A DNA stretch of 64,000 nt from Perna viridis (Eukaryota): positions 22,718,103 to 22,782,102 of the forward strand of contig CM074519.1 in assembly GCA_037379345.1 (NCBI GenBank). Reading direction: 5' to 3'. The notes under the pieces were generated by a model, which made no database searches, had not been told where the DNA came from, and worked only from the letters and a program-made list of their open reading frames with translations. Below, in pieces: positions 26,986-40,180 of this stretch; the stretch's first letter is position 1; every line of letters starts with the position of its first letter. The translations under genes and the position numbers were made by a program.

Positions 26986-29900
26986 TAATATCGCTAAAAT
27001 GAACTTAATTATTTTGACGAATATTGTCCCTCGCGGAGTATCAAGCTGCGCTCGCACGCTCGTGCAATATGACATCTTTTGTGGCTAATATTGATACAAT
27101 AACCGAAACTATATAGTATCAGCTGGCTAAAATAAAATAAATTTACTAGCCTTGTGTAAAAAAAACCCTCGTCTTTCGATTTTTGGAAACAGTCTGTAAT
27201 ACATAAAACAGAATAACAATTTGTGCGGTTTCATGTATGAACTAATATAAGGGATCACGCAGGAGTCATAAATTATAGTGAAAATGTATATACGTGCAAA
27301 GTGCAGAGTTTGGTTAAGGTAGTAGACCGATGTTCCCTTAAAATTTTCCCATAATTCATTTTTCTTTTTATATGTACATAATATTTAATTAACTATAGTA
27401 CGTCTCTTGACAAATTTTAAAGACATTTTACTGTGCAGATTTTGAACAGTATGAACTATTGAAAAATCTTAATTATTGGCAAATCTTGATCATACTTGGT
27501 GTTTTGACTGGATATTTAAGGTAACAACTGAATATCAACTCAAACTTACTTAAAAAGAATGACCATATCATATTTCAAATGATTTATTTTACAATTTATG
27601 TTGTGGGTGAGGAAATTTTCAAATATTTGCCCCAATAAAAACCTCTCTTTTGCAAAAAAAAAACTTTTGATTCAATCTCCGTACTAAAAAGATATTTTTA
27701 GACTATTCATGTACAAAACCGTACACGAAGTTTATATGCAGAAACGTTCGTCGGCAGTTTGTTTTTTAATGTTTAACTGATGTTTAATGTTGAGGTACAG
27801 CTTTTGCATAATTTCTTTATCTGTCAAATTAATGTCTTAAACGATGTAAGTAAAGTATTAAATAAAAAGGTTACCGAGTACCAAATTATGATTGCTTATA
27901 TTAAAGAAAGAGTACTGCCCAGCACAAAATGACGCTAATGATGTCTGCATGATTGGACAAAATTATATAATGAGCACAGATATATGCTGAACTCATCTAC
28001 ATAACGAATGTAGAAAGCTATATAATAAATTATAGTAGTAACTCCAAAAAGGTAAAGAATTATATAACTGGCAAGGTTATTGGTAAACCGTACTGTTTTA
28101 TATTTCATATGTAAGGAATCTCTGTATTCAAACATTTTCCAACCTAATGTAAGATATATTCCTAAATGTACGCATTTGAAACATTTCATCAATACTTCAA
28201 TTTCTAAGTTAACAAGGAGCAAAGTCGCTTGTTATTGAAGTTGAACCCTTGCTTTGAGTTGTTCCCCTTTTACATCAATGTATCTTTGAAGTTTGAATAT
28301 CATGAGTCATTCAAAAGTTCTAGAGACTTTCAAACTTTCTATTTGGATTACCTATCTTACTCCAGGTAAACTACCTGAATACTCGATGCCTCGTGTTGAT
28401 CTTAGATCAGGTCGAGAAGTGTACATAAGATAAATAATTGTATTTTGTAAAAAAAGTCTGATTAATTCTATGTCTATGTGACCAATTACAACGCAGTGGT
28501 CTTCATACAATATTTAGATACAATACCAATTCACATAAATAGTAAGAAGAAATATGTTTCATGTATTTATTATCTGATTAAACTCGGCTAATAACCGTGA
28601 TATTGTAAATTGTTTGTAACATACAAATGTAAACGTGATTGAATTTTAACGAATGCGATCATTCTAAAATTTCACTATGTTATGTATTATGTTTTCATAC
28701 TTTATCCAATAATAATATTTTACTTATAATGTAAGTAGTAATGTTATGAACAAAGGACTGAGTGCACTTCGCATTTATTTTAAAAAATGATATTGATTAA
28801 CTATAATTAATAACATAGACAGAATAAAATTTCATTCCTATTGACCTTCGTTCCGTGAAATGCAGTGTCTTCCAGGAACTAGTACTAAAAACGTGACGAT
28901 GATTAAAATCTATAACTCACCTGTGTTCCAAAAACCAAAACGTTTATACACTTGCAACAGTCACAAGTCTAATTGCATAAAGATAAAAATTTGAAATAAC
29001 AAACTTGAAATAAAATGATTAAATAAATGAAAGTATTTTTATCATTTCATTGTAGGTATAACTCAATTTCATGGTTTTTGTTTCATATATATCTAATAAC
29101 ATAAAGTTAACCTACCCAATGCACGCAAAACTAAAAAGCCACAGAAAAAAGTGTTTTTTTATCCATGCTTGTCTCAAAGAACGTAATGAGTGCATTTCAG
29201 ATCTGAAAACAGTCCTTCACATGTCAAATATGATCTGATATTGTCTTTTTAAATTATCATTTTTATTTAGTGCGACAGCGGGTTATATCTTTAGCAAAGT
29301 TTATCCAGGTAAAATATTACGGCATTTCTAATGGTTTGACAAATACTACTAACAGTGACGATCTCTAATGCAGAAAAAAAAAAAAAAAAAGAAAAAAAAA
29401 AAAAGAAAAAACAAAACAAAACAAACACATATAACACGACAAAAGAATACGAAACAATGACAAAGAACGAATAATTGAATAATATATGAAACATGCAATG
29501 AGCACACACCCAAACAAAAACAGAAGAAAACACAGACAAACAAATATATAAACAAATCCTTGAAGCACGGATAAATTTTCCTATATTCAAGTTTCCGTGA
29601 CGTACAGTGAACTACGCTCATGAATCAAAATGTGTTTAAACTACAAAATACAAAATGATTTTGTTGAATTTGTTGAGCATTTGTCTATAACAAAAGTAGA
29701 CGGAAAAGTATACAGCCTTGAAGTAGCTTGACTCGAATATATTATATACGGTACCAATATTATATATACAACCGACCCAATACCTCTTAAAAACTTTGAA
29801 CTGAGCCAGACAAAAAAGTAATAGTGCACGGACATTGTTATTGCATATTAGAATTAGTGCGAAAATATCATTATCACAAGAAACATGGAATGAAGTGTAC

Positions 29901-30290
29901 CTGAGACTTTATAATTTCAAGAAAGCTTGAAACACCTTTCAAATTAAGGATAAACTTGAAAAAAAATTGTTATTATAAAAAAAACAGTGCCAGTTTATTT
30001 GGTGGCAAAGAGGACTCATTAATCCTTTCCTCTGGTTTAAGAAAAAATGACATAAAGTATCACTATTACACCCCATTCAGCCCCCCTCCCCGATATTTAA
30101 AATGGAGCACCGGAAGTTTATCTCGGTCGATTTTTAATATCCCTTATATTCACGTGAGCAATAGGACCCGGACTATAACACATAACATGACAATGGTGGC
30201 ATATGACATGAAAATTACAGACCTATTCCAATCCAAACCGCTGGATTAATTTTAATAAAACTTTAAGGAAATTCTTATTATGTAACTGCC

Positions 30291-31123
30291 TTTTAGCTCA
30301 CCTTCGGCCAGGTGAACAATTGCCATCACTGGGTGTCCGTCGTCGTTTATCGTCGTTAACAATTTTTCAAAACTCTTCTCCTCTGGTACTACTTGACCAA
30401 TTCAAAACCAACTTGGTTTGAATGTTCCTTGAGTTATCCTGGAAAGAATTTATGTGGGATTTGTTTTATCCGTCAAAAAATATGGCCACTGTGACTATAA
30501 ATAAACATAGGGATCAGATAGTGGATTTCGCCTATATCTCCTAAACCGTTTGGTTTCTGACATAGGTAAAAGTGTTCAGAATGATGATATCTAGCTGCGG
30601 TCAAATTTTCATTTTAATCCGTTAAGCTATGTTGGAGCTATTGCCCCTTTTCAACGTTTTTTGCTATTTTTAATGTTATTTCTTTCAAATATCTTCTCCT
30701 CTGACACTACTTTACGAATTGGAACCAAATTTGGTACGAATGTTTCTAGGGGTATCCTGCATAGAATGGAAGCAGTAATTTTTTTATCCGTCGGAAAACA
30801 TGGCCGCGGTTACTATAAATAGAACATAGGGTAGTTTTTTTCTCAAATATCTCCAGAACTATTAGGTTTAGCCAAATTCTTTTTAATAGCTAAAATGATC
30901 CTCATCATTGGGTTTACGAAAGTCTTTAGGCATAAAAGTTTTCAGACGACTCCTCGTAAGAGCTATTGACCTTGAAAGGGGAAAAATGGCAGGTTTTTTT
31001 TGACAGTTTTTAGCCAAAGTCTTCTTGAGTCAAAATTGTTGGACAACTTCTTGTTAAATTTATTGTCCTTGAAAGACAAAATTCAACCAGGTGAGCGATT
31101 CAGGCTCCTAGGAGCTTCTTGTT
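30291..31123 (+). mobile_element. Helentron-associated non-autonomous element (HINE/DINE-1 type)
   Basis: 5' TTTTAGCTCACC subTIR with palindrome, GTC microsatellite, two ~317-bp internal repeats, and 3' CAGGTGAGCGA..GGCTCC-TA-GGAGC hairpin followed by TCTTGTT. Confidence 0.8.
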
Positions 31124-33586
31124 CATTTTTTAAGGAAAGAATCATAGAATTATCACAAAGAAGTTGCCGTTTGCGTATTTGGATGGTCAATGGTAAATAT
31201 TTTGTAAGCCCACTTAATCTGCCTGGTGTGTTTTATGAAACTTCGGGAAATCATTATAATGAATATGTAATACCATTGTGCTACTCTTGTTTAAATCTGC
31301 TATCTTGATTTTGTTGTTTTAGTTTTCATAGCATAAACTTGATTTTCTGTGAACTCATTTGAATGGTTGGATATATCTATTCTAAATCTTATCATTAACT
31401 GTTCAAAAAGATTTTTTCGTGAAAGGATGTTTTTTTTTCAATATTTTTAGAAATTATTTACCTGAACAAAAGTGAGCTTTTTATTTATCACTCTATATTA
31501 TTTATTCACTTCAATGAAGTAAACTGCAAACTTCATACAATGCTTTATGTATCTTTTTCACACTTATAATGTGAATACGTTTTGGGTGTGTATTAGATTA
31601 AAATAATAGAAATCAGTTGTTATAGGGTTGTGTGTGTAATTCTAGTTTTGTTCCAAATACAGTTTTGAACAAAAACATATCTTAAAATAAAGATGGAATA
31701 AGATCGGTTCATTGCAACAAAAATGCCAGTAAACCAACGTTGGCAAGAGACATTGGGCATAGATATACCAAAGCCTTGTAGGTCGACTTTAAATACATTG
31801 GAATAGAAATACATGTTTAGACAAACATAAAACCGAATCTGTATGCGGATATTCAATAAACCACTGGTAAGCTCAGTAAAATGGTAAAATATAACTAAAG
31901 CATAATTTCTAGTTGTTCCAAGTGTAACAGCCATTCATCAAAATCTGCATTTTTTATTGAGTTTGTATTCATATGTACCTCTGAAATTTCGTAAACAGCA
32001 TGACAACTAATGGAAAGATTCTTTAATATTTATGTTACGTTCTTATTTCTTGAAATTGTGAACAGGTTTTATTTGTCAATAGTTATTAAAATAAACTGTA
32101 AACCATATAAATGTACAATCATTCAAAACCTTGAATTTTGCATTTCACTACTCACGGTCTTCAATGTTTCTGCAATTACGAACAAGCGCTGTACTTATAT
32201 TTTGACAAACAGGCAGAAATATGTTTTAAAAACTTCACGTATGATCTACAAAATATTCCTCTGGGGACGGGGTTATGCTGGCTCATTTTTTCAGTAAATA
32301 TATGCTAATCTGTTTTCTATACTAGATCATATGTGATATGCTATTTTGGCATTATTTAGCAAATAGTTCATATTGCAATATATGGACCGAAGCGTAGCTG
32401 AGTTCTTATGAATTTGTTGGGGCGACAAACCGGTCCATATATTGCCATTTGACCCGAAGTTTTTAAAACATATTTCTGCCTGTTGGCTAAAATATAATTA
32501 GAGCGCTTATTTGCTATATTTTTAAATATAGTATATTCTAGATCATTCGTGTGAAGAAAATTAAGGGAAACATACACAACTTCTTAAATTATGCCGTCAT
32601 TATCTTAACCTGAAAGCATGGCGGTCCATATAATTTCTTCTCGGTCCATATGGCGTTATATGGACCGGCAGTTTTATCTAAAAAAGTAAACAAAAAAATC
32701 GTTAAATTATGATATTTTGGCATTTGTTGGGGGTGAAGCCCCATGTTTGCAACATAAGTATACTATTATCCTTGATTAGGTTAATATTCATATGTTTACT
32801 GCATAGGTTACTGTAATAATATCTTTCGCATGTATATACATAGTAATAGCTCCTAACATAAAAACTAGTTGACCGTGAACTTTATCAAACCAACCCTAAA
32901 GACCTCATTAACTCGACCTCGGGAGCCCTGATTTCTTTGGTGAAAAATCGTTATTTTTATTTGTTATATTTTCTTGAAAAGAAGCGAAATATCACATTCT
33001 ATAGCTTTTTCAGCTTATTTATAGTAGCTACCACTAAACTGTTTTAAATACGCCATTCCATGATGTACATATATAATCATTTGGTTTATCTAGTCATATT
33101 AAGAATATATTTTGATAATTAGACTCCATTTGTAGATAAATGCAAGCATTCCGGGGATTGAAATCCCTCTTTTGTTTGTAAGTTTTGTAATTCCTGTGCA
33201 CAAATGAAAAGTGGAGATGGTTACCTGAAACACCCCTTTAACCATTTCTGGCAGGATCCCCACTTCTGAAACCGTCCCCGAGGCTTAACGATTGAAATCT
33301 TATAAAGTTTTGGTTTTTTTTTAAACCTGGTGCGTTTCTTAACTTTTATATAATAAATATTATGTTTTCGTTCATCAAGATGATGGCGTAAAATTACAGA
33401 ATATGAATAGGATTGAGTCATTCATTTTGTAATTACATGCCATAAAATGATATCTCAGATTATACTTGTTCTAAAGTGTTTACCTCAGTCGCATAAGGTT
33501 CAGTATTGTTTTTTTTACAATTTGATTTGTATGCATGTTTTGAGCAACTATAATAAAAATGTCATACAGATTAATGATCGTCTTAA

Positions 33587-34107
33587 AGAGTAATCAAGGG
33601 AACCAAGGTTAGAGCGGTAATCAAAAGAATGCAATCCAGGGACAAAGGCCAGACATGGAAAACAGACATACACAATAAAGAACATAAAGTAATTAGGCTT
33701 CTGGAACAGGATTATGTTGCTACAAGATTGAAGTCATCAGTACAGAAGTTTTATGGTCGTCATCATGAACTAGTGGATCGTTATTGTGTATCCATCTGCA
33801 CCATGAAAACTGATTTATTCAACGGGTCATAGTTTTCCTCGTTTGTCTACCCCGGACTTGACTTTCTATGAGCAACTCGGCGGGTGTTTCTAGAAAAGCA
33901 GAGGACGCTTACCCTACCGGTGCACCTGGTCCATGCTCCCAGTTTCTAGTGGAGTCCGAGTTGCTTATTTGCTTTTGTTACTTTGTACGTATGATTTTTA
34001 GTTTCTTTATGTACTTTGTTGTGTATATCTGTTTTCCATGTTGGGTCTTTGACCCTGGAATACGTTCGTTTGATTACCGCTATAACCTTGGTTCCCTTGG
34101 TTACTCT
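33587..34107 (+). mobile_element. PLE 3' fragment with an inverted copy of its own 3' end at the 5' junction
   Basis: 33587-33694 is the reverse complement of ~34000-34107. 33695-33832 encodes LLEQDYVATRLKSSVQKFYGRHHELVDRY..FNGS*. Confidence 0.85.
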
Positions 34108-35343
34108 TAAATAAATAAAGAAAACACATTGACAGCCAAGAATGAAATGGAAGTTTTCGTAGGCAATGTACGCAGAGTACCTCACACAATATATGTTCGG
34201 CACCTTGATACCAAATAGATATCAATCAAATAAAAAGGTAGGCGCTCGACGAAATTAGGTTTCCCATAAAAGGTAAATATCTATTTTATTTGTATTAATG
34301 ATATGTCAAATCCACGAATTCACGAATCAACATAATGTTTTATTTTTTTAATTTTTTTTTCTAAACTTCTAAAGTAAAGTATTTTCACTGTGTAGTACTT
34401 AATAAATCGTATATCTAAGGTATTCAACAATGGTGCACTTTTGTTTTATGTTGAATTATCATATCAGTAAATAAATACGTTACAATGCCGAAGATAAAGT
34501 GATCAGTTAATGAAGAATGGGATTTCGTCCATCCGGTTAAAAATATGTATTTAGTACATTTTAAATTAAATTATCATTTTTTTGCCTGTTAATTCCATTG
34601 AACAGTATTTACAATTTTATCATTTTGGTGTAAACTGATTGTTAAAAAAAGCTTTATTGTGCAAAACTGTTTAATGTGCATGTAAACATTGCATAATCTG
34701 GGTGAACACAAGTTGTTTATTATCTCAAGGACGCCAAGCTACTTCCTTCTTCAAATCTTCAAATAGAAAAATAAGTATAGCATATGCACCTTTGTCAGTC
34801 TAGAAAAAAATCTCAGCATAATTTTTCTCTTGATATATTTTCCCATAAGATAAAATCATGAATTTCTCACTAGAAAGAAGGGTTAATATTGAACATAAAA
34901 AACTGTCAATGTTTTCATTCTTTGAGACATGCCGCTGTTGATAAATATGTCGACGTCGATATTTCAACGATTATCATACATTTGCAGTTTTATACGCTTT
35001 TCCAAAATATTTGTATTTCACAATATAAACATATTTGTGTGTTTTCATATTCCCAATGTTATTTGTGTTAAAGTTGGTTTTCTTTATCTTTTCCCCCCAG
35101 AACAACAAAAAAGCATTTGTTCTCTGTTTTGACAAAGTTTTACGTGGACATGCATTTGCGTCCAGAAAAAAAAACGAAGCAAAAACAAACAAACAAACAC
35201 ACAAACAAACAACACCACCATAGAATAATAAAAACAAATTTCATGAACGACAATCAATATGCAGTAGTTATGTTTCTCTTTTGTAGCTTAGTTTCGCCCT
35301 AAGCTCATTTTGGTTTCAACCGTATAGATTGTTAAAGGCTTTT

Positions 35344-35839
35344 TGATGCATGTCACAACAAATAAGTTTACGTTATCTTCCCTGTATCAATTTGATCCGA
35401 TGAAGCAGTGTAGCGAATAGAGTCGTCACATTCTGAGACGTTGTATAATATTGATTTGTTGTGACATGCATCATTAATTTGATCCTCTATACTACTTAAT
35501 AACACCTAGATGAACTGTCCCGTACTACCATACATCGTGTACTAAGCTAGATTAATCCTACGAGGAGGAATAACCCGGCCAGCTAAAGTTACATTTTATA
35601 TAGCCTAGCTGGCCGAGTGGTCTAGGGCGCTGGACTTTGTGCAGGCGGTGTAGCCATAGATGTCACAGCGGAACGAGTTCGAGTCCCGCGGAGGGAACAA
35701 CCAAAAATTTGCATCACAAATTTGACAGTTCTAACATCGTTGGGAATTTTTCAGACCTTTCTATACGTTTACATATCTTCCCTGTATCAATTTGATCCGA
35801 TGGAGCAGTATAGCGAATAGAGTCGTCACATTCTGAGAC

Positions 35840-35872
<33 letters not shown>
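35344..35872 (+). mobile_element. tRNA-derived (Pol III) SINE-like element in a permuted, partial-tandem arrangement
   Basis: A box TGGCCGAGTGG at 35610-35620 and B box GTTCGAGTC at 35677-35685; 69-bp direct repeats at 35374-35442 and 35774-35842; (TA)n tail. Confidence 0.75.
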
Positions 35873-35876
<4 letters not shown>

Positions 35877-36595
35877 AAAATTACTGAACACGATGTTTGC
35901 TTAAGTTATTAAAGCTTCCAATGTTAGAACTTTAGCATATCTTAACAATTTCGCCCTAAATATCCTACATATTTCAGTCATGTATCGTATAATCATTTTG
36001 AGCATTTTGTAGTTTTTTGTAGTTGTATTTTCAAGAGTTTATTAAAAAAAAAAGAACAATTTGATAGATATGTCCCAAGATACACAATTTTTTTATCCAA
36101 TCAGAAGTCGTGTTACATCTGAAATTAAATATTTATAAACAATGGATAAATACTCCAATAAAAGATTTTTTGAAATATAAATAATGGTGTTACAAATTTA
36201 TGTGCATGCAATCGAATATTTATTTGACAAGATATTGAACATTCCTCTAATCAGGAAGTGTTACTTAGATAGAACTAAACAGAGCATTAGATTTATCACA
36301 TTTAGTGTTTGTAAAGATATTGAGTTATCTGTTTTGTTATCTTCAAACTAGAGACACAAAAAGTACGAAAAAAGATGCATGACAAAAAGTAAACATGACA
36401 TATTATGACAAGGGAAAGATAGTAAACGCGAAATTAAAGCGGGTAAATATTCATAATATTAAAGATAAGGTTAGGTTATGATTGACCGTTATCTATGAAG
36501 AGGTCATCCTTTAGCTGATAAAATATTGATTTCACAAATTTAATTTAAAAAAGATACATATATTATTACATAGCATTAGCACATCGATTCCTGTT

Positions 36596-36836
36596 TTATG
36601 AGCAACTCGGCGGGTGTTTCTAGAAAAGCAGAGGACGCTTACCCTACTGGTGCATCTGGTCCATGCTCCCAATTTTTAGTGGAGTCCGAGTTTCTCATTT
36701 GCTTTTGTTATTTTGTATGTATGATTTTAGTTACTTTATGTATTCTGTTGTGTATGGCTGTTTTCCATGTCTGGTCTTTGTCCCTGAATTGCATTCTTTT
36801 GATTACCGCTATAGCCTTGGTTCCCTTGATTACTCT
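36596..36836 (+). mobile_element. PLE 3' UTR copy (5'-truncated)
   Basis: High identity to 33866-34107. Shorter or more diverged copies lie at ~3395-3550(-), ~15330-15575, ~17200-17430, ~18560-18820, ~49780-49895(-) and ~55500-55690. Confidence 0.85.
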
Positions 36837-36842
36837 TTTTAT

Positions 36843-37060
36843 TAAATTCGGAAATGTGCCGTTAAAATTAGTATAAAATAATTAAATTAAGCTATCGATT
36901 TAAAATTCGGATATTCCCGATAAAATTCGGTGCGTACGATAAAATTAGGATGCACAGCGTATTTAAAGTCGAGGTTGTTCCCATTTAAATTCGAACTTGT
37001 TCCTAACTAAATTCGACGTTGTTCTCGGTTGAATTCGGTGATGTTCCAGTTAAATTTTCA
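36843..37060. repeat. Degenerate ~20-bp minisatellite with AAATTCG core
   Basis: About 9 recurring TAAATTCG(G) motifs. Confidence 0.6.
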
Positions 37061-40000
37061 TTAATTTTGTTTAAAATGTGTCACTAATTTCTTTTGAAAC
37101 CTAAATTTTTCACGAGTGTAGGTGGCGCCCTTCGTAAAGAGAAAATGCTAGTGCCCGGAGTAAATGCTTTAAAGACGCGGTAATTTGTAAAATTTGAAAG
37201 TGAACAGGCTAACGTGAGTAATAAATTAGCATACAATAAAAAAGAATTTTTATCATATATGATAATATTAATTGATTATTGAAAATGAATAAAAAGTAAT
37301 AAATAAAAAATGCATTATAACGGGAATTTGTTAATAAACAATTATATTTCAGCTCCTCATTTTTAAACATACGATTGCAAAAAAAATATTTAACTATTTT
37401 TACACAAAAATGCTCAACAAAAAAATAATAGTCTGGCTATAAGGAATAATGCATTATTTCAGAACTTCAGTCTCAGTAATAAAAAAAAAAACAGAAAAAC
37501 AAAAAACGAAAAAAAAAACGCTCGTTCTTAAGTCAGTGGTCGTAACAAAACATGGTCTCCGCGCGTATTTTAATTAATACAACAACTTATAAACTAGAAA
37601 AAAAAGTATAGTTGTGCGATATAACAACGACCAGAGAATGTCAAATAAATTTGTTTGGGTTCCACTTCTCGTCCTTTTTAAATTATTGACTTGAATGCGT
37701 ATACTGATTTAGCTGCACCATCAAAAATTCGTCTGTGTATTTAAACAAAATCTTATTCATTTGTCTTACATATTGGATGGTTGTTTCAGATTATAGCGCC
37801 CGTACAAAAATAAAATAATAATGAAATCCTATTCTAGTATTATGTCTCTGTTCTAGAAAGGCGAGTTGTAAAATGGTGTGTTTTGTTATTCAAAATCTAT
37901 ATTGTATACAGATAGTTGGTTAATAAAAAAAAAACAAAAACAAAATTAACAACGTAACCTTGGTAAATTAGATTCGTAGGTACATGTATATCGCTCCGAG
38001 GAGACACTACACAGCAAAGGGGCGGATATAGGATCTCAGGTTAGGGGTGGGCGTAAAAAGAATTAAAAAAAATTGCGAGTACAATTTGTGAAAAATCAAG
38101 ATTTTATGCAAACAAAAAAAAATGTGGGTTTTTTTTCAATTCTAGGGCGGCGTACGTCCGGCACGCCCGTCCATGAATCCGCGCCTGCAGCATTTGATAA
38201 TAAAGAAATGCAATCAAATCATTAAATTTTCTGGAATTTTAAGCATCTTCATTCTTACAATTCATTCTTTTCATTTCTATATTTAAGCAAAGAATTGAGT
38301 CAAATTACCAACATACAAACATGATTCTCGTCGTGCAAGACGGGATAAATAATTGAAAGCTAAACACGGGGAACCAGCAGTCGATTTACATGGGTAACAG
38401 TCAAGAAAATAAAGGTAACCGTTGGTGATTGGACAAGTCGCTCGTTTGGCTGAAATGAGGATGAGCATCCGCACTCGGCACGGGATTGCGGCTCTTAAAC
38501 TAGGTAGACCCGGGAAAAGAAAAAATAAGAAGACAGAAAATAAAAATAATGTTCTTAACAGATGAATATTATTTAGAATAACTTAGATAACATACTATCT
38601 TGCGTGTGTTAGAAATACTTTCGAAGAAAAAATATAGAATTAATCGTGTTACGGAAATATGCGGAATCTACCGAAAATACACGATAAAGCTTCATTTCGC
38701 GCGCTTTTCACACTTCTCATTAACCATCCTTTACTGCTGCACAAATTTAACGAAACTTTATAAAAAGGAAAGTCTCCATATGAAGATGCCCATGAAAATC
38801 AACTTATTCTCAAATGTCAGGAGAGTAAAATGATTAGACTTTAACGTTTTGGTTAATATTTCTCTTTGGTCAAAATCCTTCTATACCTCTGGGTTTAAAT
38901 GAAACTTTATGAATTAAACGACACTATATAATGATAGACATGAATAAATATTATTCCAACACATATATATGATTATAATTTGACAGTTTTGTTCCACATT
39001 TATCACAAGCATATCTCGTAAACAACTTCATGGATTTTCAAAATTCTCCTACATAATCCCAACCAAACGTCGTTTTACAATCGAATATTGATGGACACAT
39101 TAAACTAGATATAATTCTTGAACAAAAATTACAATTTAGATTTCCATCATCTGCTGATATAAACGTTTGTATTTTCACATTAACACAATTAATCCAACAT
39201 ATCAGTTTAGTAAGTAACCTGTAAAGTTGAATATTCACTTTAATTACTACTTTCACTAGGAGGAATTTCGTTCAGGAGATTACCAATTCTCATTGAGCAT
39301 TTATAGTTGCGACTCTTACAGTTATCCAAGTATCTACCATAATAAAAGAAAAAAAAGCTGTCTTTTGTTACTGCTTCATTAATTCATTCATTTCTTTACT
39401 TGATCAACTTAATTTTGGTTTTTGACAACTATAATACCATTTTCATCTTCAATTACATAGCAAGCATGTAACCAACAGAAATCTCGTAAAAGTCAATAAA
39501 CTAAGTATCTTAAAGTACAATTAAAGCTAAGAGACAGCTAGCTTTTTGAGAAAGCTATTGCTTGTTACATCTCATTGTTCACCTCACATTAGAAATAATG
39601 CTTCTGTCCGTTATCAAATCATGACTCGAAAGGAACGTCCTTAATCGTTTTTAAATTCGTGGCTTCGACATATTTTTTTTTATTTTGAAGCACAGGGAAG
39701 TATCTCTCCAACCCGACTGACTGGTCATTTCACTGTCCGAGTGGAGCAGTGGAGAAAACAAGATATTAAACTCAAATATTTCATTTATTGGAGCTGCGAA
39801 AAGTTCTTGAAAAATTTTTAATAACTTATAATAAACCATTAAGCGAAATAAAAATAGTTAAAGGTGTTCTGCTCTTCCTTTCCCCAATAGGGTGTGCAAG
39901 TCTCGTTCTAGTTTCATTTTCATTTCCGCTATTTCTCATGTAGAACATATTGAATTCCGGAGACCGATTAGCATTTGTTGTTTACTAACTTCTTTTCAAA

Positions 40001-40180
40001 GATTTGTCATTTTTACTGTATTTTCAAACCAACATATATTGTGCTTTTATTGTAATAAAGGCTCTGTAAATGACTATTTCAATGCATTTGTATGGTGTAA
40101 AAAAAAAACGTTCTCGTGAAACCACAAAGTCACGTGACGAGACTTACAAACCTTATGAGACTGCCAAAAAGTTGGTGAGT

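Noticed and set aside
27549-28980. Candidate first exons of gene A (GTAAGT donor near 27549; GTGAGT donor at 28920)
   Set aside because: There is no convincing ATG-initiated signal peptide in the required phase 2, so this cannot be supported without transcripts.
29291-29621. Phe-rich membrane-protein-like ORFs
   Set aside because: Artefacts of poly-A/AAAC low-complexity sequence; the same applies to 4835, 6412, 23517 and 34974.
33868-33968. SECIS element (as in selenoprotein-encoding Naiad PLEs)
   Set aside because: The ATGA is Watson-Crick paired in the outer stem rather than forming the non-canonical UGA/GA quartet, and the stem geometry does not fit.
33868-34110. Repeated small ORFs MSNSAGVSRKAEDAYPTG... 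(also 1506, 36598) as a peptide gene family
   Set aside because: They lie in the non-coding PLE 3' UTR; similarity reflects repeat copies and frames are not preserved in other copies.
35396-35430. Hammerhead ribozyme in the 69-bp direct repeat (CCGATGA-AGC..GC-GAAT)
   Set aside because: The core deviates (CCGA for CUGA, GAAT for GAAA), the second copy has GATGG, and stems I and III cannot be formed.
35603-35695. Functional tRNA gene
   Set aside because: A and B boxes are present, but there is no consistent acceptor stem or anticodon arm and it is embedded in a repeat unit, so it is treated as a SINE-like head.
36843-37060. CRISPR-like repeat-spacer array
   Set aside because: The core is only ~8 bp and degenerate, spacing is ~20 bp, the context is eukaryotic and there are no cas genes; it is a minisatellite or subterminal repeat.
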